Shown piece after piece: positions 50,649-59,569 of a stretch of DNA of 64,000 bases (positions within the stretch are counted from its first letter, which is position 1; the number at the start of each line of letters is the position of its first letter). Position numbers and translations under genes: made by a program. Location of the stretch: positions 24,754 through 88,753 of the forward strand of contig CAVVNF010000012.1 in the NCBI GenBank assembly GCA_963749535.1. Direction: 5' to 3'. Source of the DNA: an uncultured Thermoleophilia bacterium. Lineage in GTDB: Bacteria > Actinomycetota > Thermoleophilia > RBG-16-64-13. The notes under the pieces are model-generated. The model was not told the origin of the DNA and did not search any database. It saw only the letters and a list, made by a program, of their open reading frames with translations.

Positions 50649-51722
50649 ATGCCGGATGCCGGTCTCACTTCAGATCATGTTCTGTCCGGGTCCTCCGAGG
50701 CAGCGGCGAGTTCCGCCCACGACCGGGCGAAGCCGCGGCTCTTCCTCAGCCGTTTGATCCCCGAGCCGGGGCTGCGGTTGGTGCGGGAGGCTTTCGAGGT
50801 GATCGGAGGAACGGAAGACCGCCCCGCCACGCGCGAGGAACTTCTGGCCAACATCGGCGACGTGGACGCGATGCTGTGCCTGCTCACCGAACCCGTCGAC
50901 AAAGAGGTCATCGCCGCCGCTGGGCCGCGGCTCAAGGTGATCTCCAACATGGCCGTCGGCTTCGACAACATCGACGTAGCGGCGGCGTCGGCCCGTGGCA
51001 TCGTCGTCACCAATACGCCCGGCGTGCTCACCGAGGCCACGGCGGATCTCACCTGGACGCTCATCCTGTCTCTCTCGCGCCGGGTGGTCGAGGGCGATCG
51101 CCTGGTGCGCGAGGGGCATTTCCCCCCGTGGGGACCGTTCGTGCTGCTGGGCAAGGAGGTGTCCGGCGCGACCTTGGGGATCGTCGGGATGGGCCGCATC
51201 GGGCAGGCGGTGGCTCGGAGGGCGATGGGGTTCGGCATGCGGATCCTGTACGCGGAGTACAGCGGCCCGCTCAGTGACGCTCAGGTACCCTGCGGCGCCC
51301 GCTGGGAGTATCGCGAGAGCCTCGAAGACGTCCTGAGGGAATCTGACATCGTCACCGTGCATGTGCCGCTCAACGCGCAAACGCGGCATCTCATCGGCGA
51401 GCGCGAGTTCCGGGTCATGCGCGAGGGCTCGTTTCTCATCAATACCTCTCGCGGTCCTGTCGTGGACGAAGCGGCACTTGTCGAGGCGCTACGCAGCGGG
51501 CACATCGGGGGCGCGGGATTGGACGTCTACGAACGGGAGCCGGAACTGGCTCCGGGCCTGGTGGAGTTCGACAATGTGGTGCTGCTGCCTCATCTGGGGA
51601 GCGGCACCGTGGAGACGCGCGGCCGCATGGCGGAGATGGCCGCTCAGAACGCGATAGCCGTGGTGCGTGGAGAGCCTGCTCCAAGCGTGGTCAATCCCGA
51701 GGTTCTTACCCGCGGACGATGA
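50649..51722 (+). CDS. D-2-hydroxyacid dehydrogenase family (glyoxylate/hydroxypyruvate reductase-like)
   Basis: LKVISNMAVGFDNIDVAAASARGIVVTNTPGVLTEATADL, NAD motif LGIVGMGRIGQAVARRA, INTSRGPVVDE and PHLGSGT. Confidence 0.85.
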   Translation: MPDAGLTSDHVLSGSSEAAASSAHDRAKPRLFLSRLIPEPGLRLVREAFEVIGGTEDRPATREELLANIGDVDAMLCLLTEPVDKEVIAAAGPRLKVISNMAVGFDNIDVAAASARGIVVTNTPGVLTEATADLTWTLILSLSRRVVEGDRLVREGHFPPWGPFVLLGKEVSGATLGIVGMGRIGQAVARRAMGFGMRILYAEYSGPLSDAQVPCGARWEYRESLEDVLRESDIVTVHVPLNAQTRHLIGEREFRVMREGSFLINTSRGPVVDEAALVEALRSGHIGGAGLDVYEREPELAPGLVEFDNVVLLPHLGSGTVETRGRMAEMAAQNAIAVVRGEPAPSVVNPEVLTRGR

Positions 51723-51850
51723 GTTTGGCGCGGGGCAGTATCATTGGATCGGTCATGGGGCCGTCAGCGTGACACTGAGCGGGAACTGACGAGGGGGCAT
51801 GCTGCACGTGAAGCGATATTTCCGGTCTAACGAGCTCTAGGAGGGATGCC

Positions 51851-52672
51851 GTGGCGGGACTTCATCGTCCCGGTACGTTCGAGAGCCGGGACGCACGGGC
51901 CGGGCGATCCCGGCGCCCGCGCTTCGCGGGCGCGGCCCTGCCGGTCGCGCTGGCTCTGGTGCTCGCGGCCGGCGTCCTTTGGTCTGTCGGTTGTTCGAAG
52001 GGCAGCGACGACAGTGGGAAAAGCTCGTCGAGCACAACGAGCAAGCCGTCGGGCGATGTGCAGGGTCAAGTAGGCACGCCCTTGGCCGTCGGTGACGTCC
52101 GCATCACGGTGAACGCGCTGGAGGCGACGCTCAACCCGTCGTTCCCTTCACAGCGCATGAGCGACCAGACTCCGGTGCCTCCGGGGGCAGAGGATTCCTT
52201 CTACCAGGCGTTTGTGCGCATCGAGAACCACGGCACTATGCCGGTGCGCGTCGATGGGCTCGACTTCTACTGCTTGGTGGGCGATTCCTCGTATCCAGTC
52301 GACGCTACCCGCTCGGGCCCCGAGGCCCGCAGCCTGCTGCATGGGACCTCGCTGGACATTGTGCTCACCTTCCTGGCCCCCGCCGGTTTCGAGCCTGTGC
52401 TCGTGTACAGGCCCCCCTGGTACAGCGGCTCGATCCGAATCTCGCAACCTGCGGAGACCACCACCTCTTCGCAGCCGGGGCTCAGGCCGCCGGTCTGTAG
52501 CTCCCGCGAAAATGACGAGAGCAAGTATCGCCAGAGTTCGCGCTTGGTCTCCCGCGCCGGATCTGGCCGGACTGCGCGCCGGACCGGGGATCGTCAGTCT
52601 AACGCCAGGCTACTGCCCTCAAGGGCGCGCCATCCACGCCCGCGATCGCCAGAGGAAGGAACGCGCAGGTGA
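51851..52672 (+). CDS. DUF4352-like lipoprotein; the C-terminal end is doubtful
   Basis: GTG start after AGGAGGGA. Lipobox LAAGVLWSVGCSKG, a Ser-rich linker, then the beta-sandwich pattern GDVRITVNALE...FYQAFVRIENHGTMPVRVDGLDFY. The last ~60 codons are Arg/Ser-rich and overlap the convergent cyclase gene. Confidence 0.55.
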   Translation: MAGLHRPGTFESRDARAGRSRRPRFAGAALPVALALVLAAGVLWSVGCSKGSDDSGKSSSSTTSKPSGDVQGQVGTPLAVGDVRITVNALEATLNPSFPSQRMSDQTPVPPGAEDSFYQAFVRIENHGTMPVRVDGLDFYCLVGDSSYPVDATRSGPEARSLLHGTSLDIVLTFLAPAGFEPVLVYRPPWYSGSIRISQPAETTTSSQPGLRPPVCSSRENDESKYRQSSRLVSRAGSGRTARRTGDRQSNARLLPSRARHPRPRSPEEGTRR

Positions 52673-53423
52673 CCGGTCCGGGCCCCAGTTCGTCCAGATT
52701 GCAGAGCCCCTCGGCCAATAGAACACCGTGCCCAAGCAAGAGTTGATGCACGGGATATCCGTATCCGTGCGCACTCTCACCGGGATCGAGGCTGTCGCTG
52801 TCGGTGCCCACGAGGACCACGCCGGCATCCAGTAGCAGTCGAGCCGCGTCCTCGGTTAGCAAGGCGCCCTCGGTCCAGAGCAGGGCCATGTCGCCTCGCA
52901 TCAAGGGGCAGTTTCTCAACCGCTCGGCCAGGAAAGTGGCATCTACCCAGACCGGGCTCGGGCCTACAGCCGGCTCGGGACTAGGCCGGCCGAGGCCCAA
53001 AACGGGCCCCGCAACGGTCGGCCCAGCGCTCCCCGCAACTGTCGGGGTGCTCTCAGCTCCGCCCGGGTTAGCACCCATCGGCCCAGCAGGCCCTAACTCG
53101 GCCGGTGCAGCCTCCGGAGCGAGTGCCGCCCCGGTCGGTGCCGGAGGCCGGTCCTCGCGTCCCCCCGGCCGCGTTCGCCTAAGGTCCACGATCACACCTC
53201 GGCCCACGAACCGCCCGGCGGGAAACTCATCGAGCGTCGCTCCCTCGGGGAAGAAATGACGTGGGGCATCCAGATGGGTGCCGGAATGCGAGCCCACGCA
53301 GATGCGGCTGACTTCGAATCCGTCCTCGTCGTGAGTACGGACCCGCTCGATGGCGACAGGCGGATCCCCGGGAAACACCGGCATTCCCGAGACCAGCGGA
53401 CGAGTAAGATCGACGACTTTCAT
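52599..53423 (-). CDS. Cyclase family protein (kynurenine formamidase-like) with a ~75-aa Pro/Ala/Gly-rich insertion
   Basis: KVVDLTRPLVSGMPVFPGDPP...VGSHSGTHLDAPRHF...GVVLVGTDSDSLD. The fold is interrupted by RTRPGGREDRPPAPTGAALAPEAAPAELGPAGPMGANPGGAESTPTVAGSAGPTVAGPVLGLGRPSPEPAVGP. Confidence 0.7.
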   Translation of the reverse strand: MKVVDLTRPLVSGMPVFPGDPPVAIERVRTHDEDGFEVSRICVGSHSGTHLDAPRHFFPEGATLDEFPAGRFVGRGVIVDLRRTRPGGREDRPPAPTGAALAPEAAPAELGPAGPMGANPGGAESTPTVAGSAGPTVAGPVLGLGRPSPEPAVGPSPVWVDATFLAERLRNCPLMRGDMALLWTEGALLTEDAARLLLDAGVVLVGTDSDSLDPGESAHGYGYPVHQLLLGHGVLLAEGLCNLDELGPGPVTCAFLPLAIAGVDGAPLRAVAWR

Positions 53424-53429
53424 CGGCAG

Positions 53430-53525
53430 GTGAAACTCACTGTGGAAGAAGATTTGTAACTAAATGTGCGATAAAGTGTGAAACTGACTGTGGGATGCAG
53501 CGTGACACGTAATGTGCGCTTCAAC
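53430..53525. repeat. Degenerate 48-bp tandem duplication in an AT-rich intergenic region
   Basis: GTGAAACTCACTGTGG (53430-53445) and GTGAAACTGACTGTGG (53478-53493). AATGTGCG at 53463-53470 and 53511-53518. Both motif pairs are spaced exactly 48 nt apart. Confidence 0.6.
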
Positions 53526-53573
53526 ATGAAACGAATCGAATGGAGTTCGGCGGCGCCACGTAGGCGGTGGCCT

Positions 53574-53915
53574 TCATTTCAGGAGATCGAGCAGGAACAC
53601 GAGATCTTCTTCCGCGTGTATCGCGTGGTAGAGCTTGGCGGGCATGTAATAGAAGGAGCCCGGCACCCCTTGATGTACGTCGTCGCCAAGCGTGATGGCC
53701 GCTTTGCCGCTGAGCACCTGGATGGTGGCCGCGGTGCCGGCGGCGTGGCCCGACAGCGACTGGCCTGCCACCATGCAAAAGAGCACGATCTTGATCTCCG
53801 GGCAATCGACCAGGGTCTTGCTGACGATGCCCTTCTCGGCGAACTGGACTGCTTCCTCCAGGTTGCCCACCCAGGGTTTGGAGCAGTCGTGTTTGGTATC
53901 TTCCCGATCGGCCAT
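53574..53915 (-). CDS. Cupin domain protein
   Basis: 113 aa with a single cupin barrel pattern: ...LSGHAAGTAATIQVLSGKAAITLGDDVHQGVPGSFYYMPAKLYHAIHAEEDLVFLL. Confidence 0.7.
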   Translation of the reverse strand: MADREDTKHDCSKPWVGNLEEAVQFAEKGIVSKTLVDCPEIKIVLFCMVAGQSLSGHAAGTAATIQVLSGKAAITLGDDVHQGVPGSFYYMPAKLYHAIHAEEDLVFLLDLLK

Positions 53916-54013
53916 CGTAGCCTCCTTGTTAGACGGCGATTTCGAAGGTGCATGTGCTCCCGGAAGGCGGTGCCGACCCCGAAAGCAGGTGCCGGCGTTG
54001 CAGTGCGTGCCGA

Positions 54014-54994
54014 TCAGGCCGCCGGATACGTCGTCGGTAGGCCTGTCGCCTCGCGCACTCGTTCCATGACCTGTTGCGCCACGGCCCGTGCCCTGCGGCC
54101 GCCCTCCGTGAGCACGTCCGAGACATATCCGGGATCGCCTTCCAGCTCACGCCGGCGCTCGCGAAATGGGGCGAAGTACGCGTCACAAAGCTCGAGCACG
54201 CGCTTCTTGACATCTCCGTATCCCATGCCTCCCGCGCGGTAACGGGCTTCCCACTCGGCCACCTCGCCGGGGCTGGCCAACAGTTTGAGCAATAGGAAGG
54301 GGGTCGACGTGTCCGGATCCTTGGGAGCCTCGACAGGCGCCGAGTCGGTGACGATCGACATCACCCTTTTCTTGAGTGCGTTGCCTTCCTCGAAGATCCC
54401 GATCTCGTTGCCGTAACTCTTGGACATCTTCCGGCCGTCCAACCCTGGGACTATGGCGGTGGAGTCCAGAATGTATGGCTCGGGGATCACAAAGACCTCG
54501 CCGAACTGCTGGTTGAACTTCCCGGCTATGTCGCGGGTCATCTCGATATGCTGCTTCTGATCCTGGCCGACTGGGACGAGTTCCGCGAGGTAGATGAGGA
54601 TATCCGCCGCCTGGAGTACCGGGTAGGCAAACAAGCCGTGATTGGGGCTCAACCCTTGGGCGATCTTGTCCTTGTAACTCACGGCGCGCTCCAACATCCC
54701 CATCGGGGTGACGCACGAGAGGATCCAGGCGAGCTCCGTGACCTCGGGGACGTCCTGCTGGGTGAAAAGCGTGGCATGTTCCGGGTCCAGGCCCAAGGCG
54801 AGGAAATCGAGAGCTACCCCGAGCGTGTATTCACGAAGCAGCGCGGCATCCTGGACCGCGGTGAGCGCGTGATAGCTGGCAACGAAGTAAAAAGCCTGAT
54901 TGTCCGCCTGAAGCTGGATGTACTGGCGGATGGCCCCGAAGTAGTTTCCGATGTGGGGCCGGCCGGAAGGTTGTATCCCTGAAAGTATTCGCAT
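54014..54994 (-). CDS. trpS: Tryptophan--tRNA ligase
   Basis: SGIQPSGRPHIGNYFGA (HIGH-type) and GRKMSKSYGN (KMSKS). 326 aa. Confidence 0.92.
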   Translation of the reverse strand: MRILSGIQPSGRPHIGNYFGAIRQYIQLQADNQAFYFVASYHALTAVQDAALLREYTLGVALDFLALGLDPEHATLFTQQDVPEVTELAWILSCVTPMGMLERAVSYKDKIAQGLSPNHGLFAYPVLQAADILIYLAELVPVGQDQKQHIEMTRDIAGKFNQQFGEVFVIPEPYILDSTAIVPGLDGRKMSKSYGNEIGIFEEGNALKKRVMSIVTDSAPVEAPKDPDTSTPFLLLKLLASPGEVAEWEARYRAGGMGYGDVKKRVLELCDAYFAPFRERRRELEGDPGYVSDVLTEGGRRARAVAQQVMERVREATGLPTTYPAA

Positions 54995-55044
54995 GTCTTC
55001 CCCGTGCTCGCGGCCGCGCGGTCACCCGCGGCCTGGGTCAAGGC

Positions 55045-55080
55045 GCTTGGTATGGCCGGCCTGCTTGGTATAGCCGGCCT
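55045..55080. repeat. Abutting 18-bp direct repeat upstream of trpS
   Basis: GCTTGGTATGGCCGGCCT (55045-55062) is immediately followed by GCTTGGTATAGCCGGCCT (55063-55080), 17/18 identical. Confidence 0.7.
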
Positions 55081-55095
55081 AGTTTAGCGAACGTG

Positions 55096-56646
55096 TCACT
55101 CTACCGGCAATCGCTCAGGGGAGAACGTGAACCATGCCACGAGGCCCGAAGCGAGGATCACGCAACCGGCGACGACGAGCGAGATGCTTACGCCTGAGTG
55201 CACCGCGTCGTAGGCGGCGTTGATGACCTTGGCCACAACGGGGCCATATTGCTGCTGAGCGCTAGCGCTTCCACCCGAGACCTGCCCCGTCTCAACGGCG
55301 TTTATGACGACACCACGGAACGCCTCAGGCACGCCCAGCTGGATCAGGCGCTGCGTAAGGTAGTTGGTGAGCTGGGCGTTGAAAAGGGAGCCCAAGGCGG
55401 CCACCCCGACCACGGTGCCCACCTCGCGGCTGGTCGTGGTCGCCGAGGCCGCCATGCCGGAGTATCTGGCCGGGATGACCGACAGCGCCACCGAGGTGAT
55501 CGGCACCACGGCGATTCCGAAGCCGATGCCCGCCAGCATGAGCGAAAGGGCCAGGGAATAGAAGTGGACATTTCCCCGCATCGACAGTTCGGCGAATATC
55601 ACTCCGATGCCGGCCGCGAGACAGCCCACCGCCACCGGTAACCGCGGCCCTCTCTGGCCGACCCATCTGCCCGAGAAGGTGGAGGCCACGATCATTGCCA
55701 CCGCCATCGGGCCGAATAGCCCAGCGAGACGATAGGCCGTATACCCCTGCACCACTTGGAGATAGAGCGCGGTCAGGAAGAAGATGGAAAAGATGCCGAA
55801 GTACGCGGCAAAAGCAACCGTGAGCGAGCCGGAAAAAGCCGGCTTGCGCAGGTACTTGACTCGCAGCATGGGCGCTTTGGCACGGCTCTCGACAAACCCA
55901 AACAGGCCGGCCGTCACCACACCTATCACGAAGAGCGCGATGATATGGGGCGCGCTGTACCCGGCTGTTTCTCCGAGAATAACCGCGAAGATCAGCGTGC
56001 CCAGCGCGATGGGCCCCAGGAAGAAGCCCAGGTAGTCGAAGCTCTTCGACGCCTCGGGGTCCGCACTCTCGGGGATGGTGGTGATCGCGGCGGCTATCGC
56101 CACTACGCCGGCGGCCAGGTTGAACCAGAAGATGGCCCGCCAGCCGCCCGCGCCAACAAGGAGCCCACCGATGACCGGCCCCATCGCCAGAGCGAGTCCG
56201 GCGATGGCCGCCCACACGCCGAGAGCCCGAGCCCGCTGACGCCTGTCCGGATAGACGTGTCGGATAATGGAGAGCGTCCCGGGTTCGCAGGCTGCCGCGC
56301 CCAGACCCATGATCGCCCGCGCGGCGATAAGGACGGGGATGTTCGGCGCGAGAGCGCCGAGCAGCGACCCCGCGATGAACACCGTGACGCCGAAGAGCAT
56401 GACCTTCTTGCGGCCGAGCCTGTCTCCCAGCGTGCCGGCAGCGAGCATGAAGGCCGCGAAGACAAGTGCGTAACCGTTGACCACCCATTGCAGCGACGAG
56501 ACCCCGGCGTGCAGCGTTCCCTGCATGTCGGCGAGGGCGACGCTCATGATGGTCGTATCGAGGAACGTCAGGAAGAGGATGACGCTGATAGTGGTCAGTG
56601 TGCGACGCGAACCCCTCAGCGACGGGATCGCTTCAGTGTTAGCCAT
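55096..56646 (-). CDS. MFS transporter, DHA2 (EmrB/QacA-like, 14-TMS) family
   Basis: 516 aa, hydrophobic throughout. MFS motif A-like GTLGDRLGRKKVMLFG. Length and helix count fit DHA2. Confidence 0.8.
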   Translation of the reverse strand: MANTEAIPSLRGSRRTLTTISVILFLTFLDTTIMSVALADMQGTLHAGVSSLQWVVNGYALVFAAFMLAAGTLGDRLGRKKVMLFGVTVFIAGSLLGALAPNIPVLIAARAIMGLGAAACEPGTLSIIRHVYPDRRQRARALGVWAAIAGLALAMGPVIGGLLVGAGGWRAIFWFNLAAGVVAIAAAITTIPESADPEASKSFDYLGFFLGPIALGTLIFAVILGETAGYSAPHIIALFVIGVVTAGLFGFVESRAKAPMLRVKYLRKPAFSGSLTVAFAAYFGIFSIFFLTALYLQVVQGYTAYRLAGLFGPMAVAMIVASTFSGRWVGQRGPRLPVAVGCLAAGIGVIFAELSMRGNVHFYSLALSLMLAGIGFGIAVVPITSVALSVIPARYSGMAASATTTSREVGTVVGVAALGSLFNAQLTNYLTQRLIQLGVPEAFRGVVINAVETGQVSGGSASAQQQYGPVVAKVINAAYDAVHSGVSISLVVAGCVILASGLVAWFTFSPERLPVE

Positions 56647-56677
56647 CGGGCCTCCCCGAGTCCTCGATTATCGCGGG

Positions 56678-57234
56678 CTACGTTGTGGAAGGAGTTGCCG
56701 CGCCCTGTTCGAGCTGAAGCAGGGCCTGGAAGCTCGCGTCGCTGACTTTCCACACGCCGTCCTGCAGCACGGCCTGCCCGGTCTGATCGGGAAGCGCTAC
56801 AGCGCCGCCCACGCGAGGGAGTATTTGACCGTCGCGGTGGTGGCCGAATCGACCGTCACCGACGACACGATCGCCGTCACCGACTTGGCCAACGCCGAAC
56901 TGGTTTGCGCTTGGATCTGCGCCGCGAACTGCTGGCCGTTCTCGAGAAGCGCGATCTTGTCCGCTGCCGCGCCGCTGCCGTCGAAGAACTTGACCCAGTT
57001 GGCCGTGATCGTAGCCACGGCATCCGACGAAGCGCCAGCAGTGGTGCTCGCTCCCCCAGGGGCGGTGGTGGTGCTGGCCGCAGTGGTGGTGGTCGCACTT
57101 GCGGCAGTGGTAGTTGTGATCGAGGCAGTGGTCGTGGTCGTCGACCCTCCGCAGGCGGCCACCAAGACCACCAACCCCAAGATGACCAACCCGACCAGCG
57201 CAACTCGAACCGACAGGTGCTTGATGCCCCGCAT
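56678..57234 (-). CDS. Thr/Ala-rich lipoprotein, apparent 1-nt deletion near 56808
   Basis: ATG 57232-57234 follows AGGAGGGA. Lipobox LVVLVAACGGS and a poly-Thr/Ala linker. The track ORF stops at 56797 (…KYSLAWAAL*). A second frame continues with VGGAVALPDQTGQAVLQDGVWKVSDASFQALLQLEQG to the stop at 56678-56680. Confidence 0.55.
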
Positions 57235-57755
57235 TCCGTATCCCTCCTGTTTTTTCTCCCGACCCTCCCCGATCCCCTGGCCGGCGAAAGCTGCAGGCTT
57301 ATCGTCTGCTCGGGAAAACCGGTGGCAGGCCCACGACATTGCGCCCATTCTCCCTATCAAACTCGAATGTTGCAAGCTCGAACACAAACGCGTCGGAAAC
57401 CGGGGTGGCGTGCGGCTCGGGGAACATTCCTGGCGTTGTCGGGCCCACTGTGGCAAAATCGAGACTAAGCGCGGGTAACACGCGCGAACATAGCTGCAAC
57501 TAAGGTGACCGCTGTCGTTCCGCTCTCTTTCTCATGGCGGACGGCACGGTATAAGCTCTAGTGATCCAGCGACGATCCCGCGTGGCTTCGGGGCATTCGC
57601 CGTTGGGTCGCTTTTTTGTTTGCGGAGTCAGGCGTAAGGTGGCATGTGGTTCTGGCGTGGATCGGGCGCTTGGATGGCGGCGCGATGGGTCCGGAGCCAG
57701 TCTGGGCGCGACACGAGGCTCGCCGGTGGGCGGCCGAGTGAGGGAGGAGAAGGCT

Positions 57756-58602
57756 ATGAGGGAACTGGACGTCGGTCGGGTCTCTGAGGCGGTGGCGAAG
57801 CTGGCCATGGACGCCTGCTACAACATCGGCGACGATGTGGTGGCTTTCTTCGAGAAGGCTGCCGAGCGCGAGGAGTCTGAAACCGGCAGGGACATCTTCA
57901 GGCAGCTTCTCGAGAACGCGAAGATCGCCCGCGAAAAACCGCTCCCGCTTTGCCAAGACACGGGTCTTGCCGTTGTCTTTCTGGAGGTCGGCCAGGACGT
58001 GCACCTGGTGGGCGGCAGCCTGGAAGAGGCGGTAGACGAGGGCGTGCGCAAGGGTTACACGGAGGGTTTCCTCCGCAAGTCCGCGGTGGCCGATCCCATC
58101 GGGGCCCGCAAGAACACCGGTGACAACACGCCGGCCATGCTCCATACCCGCATCGTGCCCGGCGACAAAGTACGCGTGATCGTGGCTCCCAAGGGCGGCG
58201 GCGCGGAGAACATGAGCGCTTTGGGCATGCTCAAGCCGTCGCAGGGACGCCAGGGCGCGATCGACTTCATCGTGGACACCGTCAGCAAGGCCGGTCCCAA
58301 CCCCTGCCCGCCCATCATCGTGGGAGTGGGGCTCGGCGGCACCTTCGAGAAGGCGGCGTATCTGGCGAAGAAGGCTCTGCTTCGCGAGATAGGCTCGACG
58401 AACCCGAACCCGCGCCTGGCCGAGCTGGAGGACGAGCTGGAGACCAGAGTGCAACGCGCTGGGCATCGGACCGGCCGGACTGGGCGGCACCATCACCGTC
58501 ATGGACGTGTTCGTGGAGGAATTGCCTGCGCACATCGCCAGCATGCCGGTGGCTGTGAATATCCAGTGTCATTCGGCCCGCCACAAGGAGGTGGTGCTCT
58601 GA
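57756..58602 (+). CDS. Class I (Fe-S) fumarate hydratase, alpha (N-terminal) subunit; apparent frameshift at ~58452
   Basis: LPLCQDTGLAVVFLEVG, KGGGAENMS and CPPIIVGVGLGGTF. The conserved end, NALGIGPAGLGGTITVMDVFVEELPAHIASMPVAVNIQCHSARHKEVVL, is in the +1 frame and terminates at TGA 58600-58602, overlapping the beta-subunit ATG. ATG 57756 follows GGGAGGAGAAGG. Confidence 0.85.
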
Positions 58603-59162
58603 TGGACCGCACCATCACTCCGCCGCTCACCGACGAGGTCATCGAGAGTCTGCACGCGGGCGACCGCCTGCTCATCACCGGCGTCATCTACACGGGCCGC
58701 GACGCCGCGCACAAGCGGCTGGTGGAACTCGTCGACAAGGGCGAGCCGCTCCCCATCGACTCGCGCGGCCAGATCATCTTCTTCGTCGGCCCCACGCCGC
58801 CAAGGCCCGGCGATGTCATCGGGTCGGCGGGACCTACCACCTCGGGCCGCATGGACGCCTACTCGCCCAAGCTCCTCGACCTGGGCCTCAAGGCCATGAT
58901 CGGCAAGGGCGTGCGCAACGAGGCGGTGCGCGAAGCCCTCAAGCGCAACAAGGCCGTTTACCTGGGCGCCACCGGCGGCGCCGGCGCCCTCCTCGCCCAA
59001 CGGATCACCTCAGCCAAGGTGGTCGCCTACGAGGAACTGGGCCCGGAAGCGATCCGAGAGCTAACAGTGCAAGATTTTCCCGTAGTGGTGATCAACGACA
59101 TGTATGGAGGAGACCTCTACGCCGAAGGCCGCAAGAAGTACGAAAGGAAGGTGGATTCTTGA
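58602..59162 (+). CDS. Class I fumarate hydratase, beta (C-terminal) subunit
   Basis: LITGVIYTGRDAAHKRL...IFFVGPTPPRPGDVIGSAGPTTSGRMD...IGKGVR...VYLGATGGAGALL. Confidence 0.88.
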   Translation: MDRTITPPLTDEVIESLHAGDRLLITGVIYTGRDAAHKRLVELVDKGEPLPIDSRGQIIFFVGPTPPRPGDVIGSAGPTTSGRMDAYSPKLLDLGLKAMIGKGVRNEAVREALKRNKAVYLGATGGAGALLAQRITSAKVVAYEELGPEAIRELTVQDFPVVVINDMYGGDLYAEGRKKYERKVDS

Positions 59163-59569
59163 GCGTGAAGAACCGCGCGACGGCCAACGTCGGGGCCGGC
59201 CTGTGGAAAGCGACGGGCATGTGGGCCTGGCTGCTCTTCCGCATCAGCGGCGTGATCCTGGCTCTGTACCTGTTCTTGCACATCGTCGTGATCTCTACCG
59301 GGCGGTGGACTGCGTCCGGCAAGACCCTGAACAGTCTGATGAAGTTCTTCGACCACCCGGCGTTGGTGGTGCTGGATCTGGCGCTGGTAGTGGCCGTTCT
59401 CTATCACGCGCTGAACGGGGTGCGCATCATCCTGATGGACCTGGGCATAGGCACCAAGCAACACAAGCTCATGTTCTGGTGCGCCATGGGGGTCGTGGTG
59501 ATCTGCTTCGCCATCTTCGCCTGGGTGGCCTTCACGTTCATCGCGACCGGTAAAGGAGCCCTGAGTTGA
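59159..59569 (+). CDS. sdhC: Succinate dehydrogenase/fumarate reductase cytochrome b subunit
   Basis: 136 aa with three TM helices and conserved His residues (WLLFRISGVILALYLFLHIV...VVAVLYHALNGVRIILMD). TTG 59159 or GTG 59165 start. Confidence 0.8.
   Translation: MSVKNRATANVGAGLWKATGMWAWLLFRISGVILALYLFLHIVVISTGRWTASGKTLNSLMKFFDHPALVVLDLALVVAVLYHALNGVRIILMDLGIGTKQHKLMFWCAMGVVVICFAIFAWVAFTFIATGKGALS

Noticed and set aside
54995-55095. T-box leader upstream of trpS
   Set aside because: Only ~100 nt are available. There is no specifier-loop or T-box consensus (AANNNGGGTGGTACCGCG-like) and no terminator/antiterminator pair.
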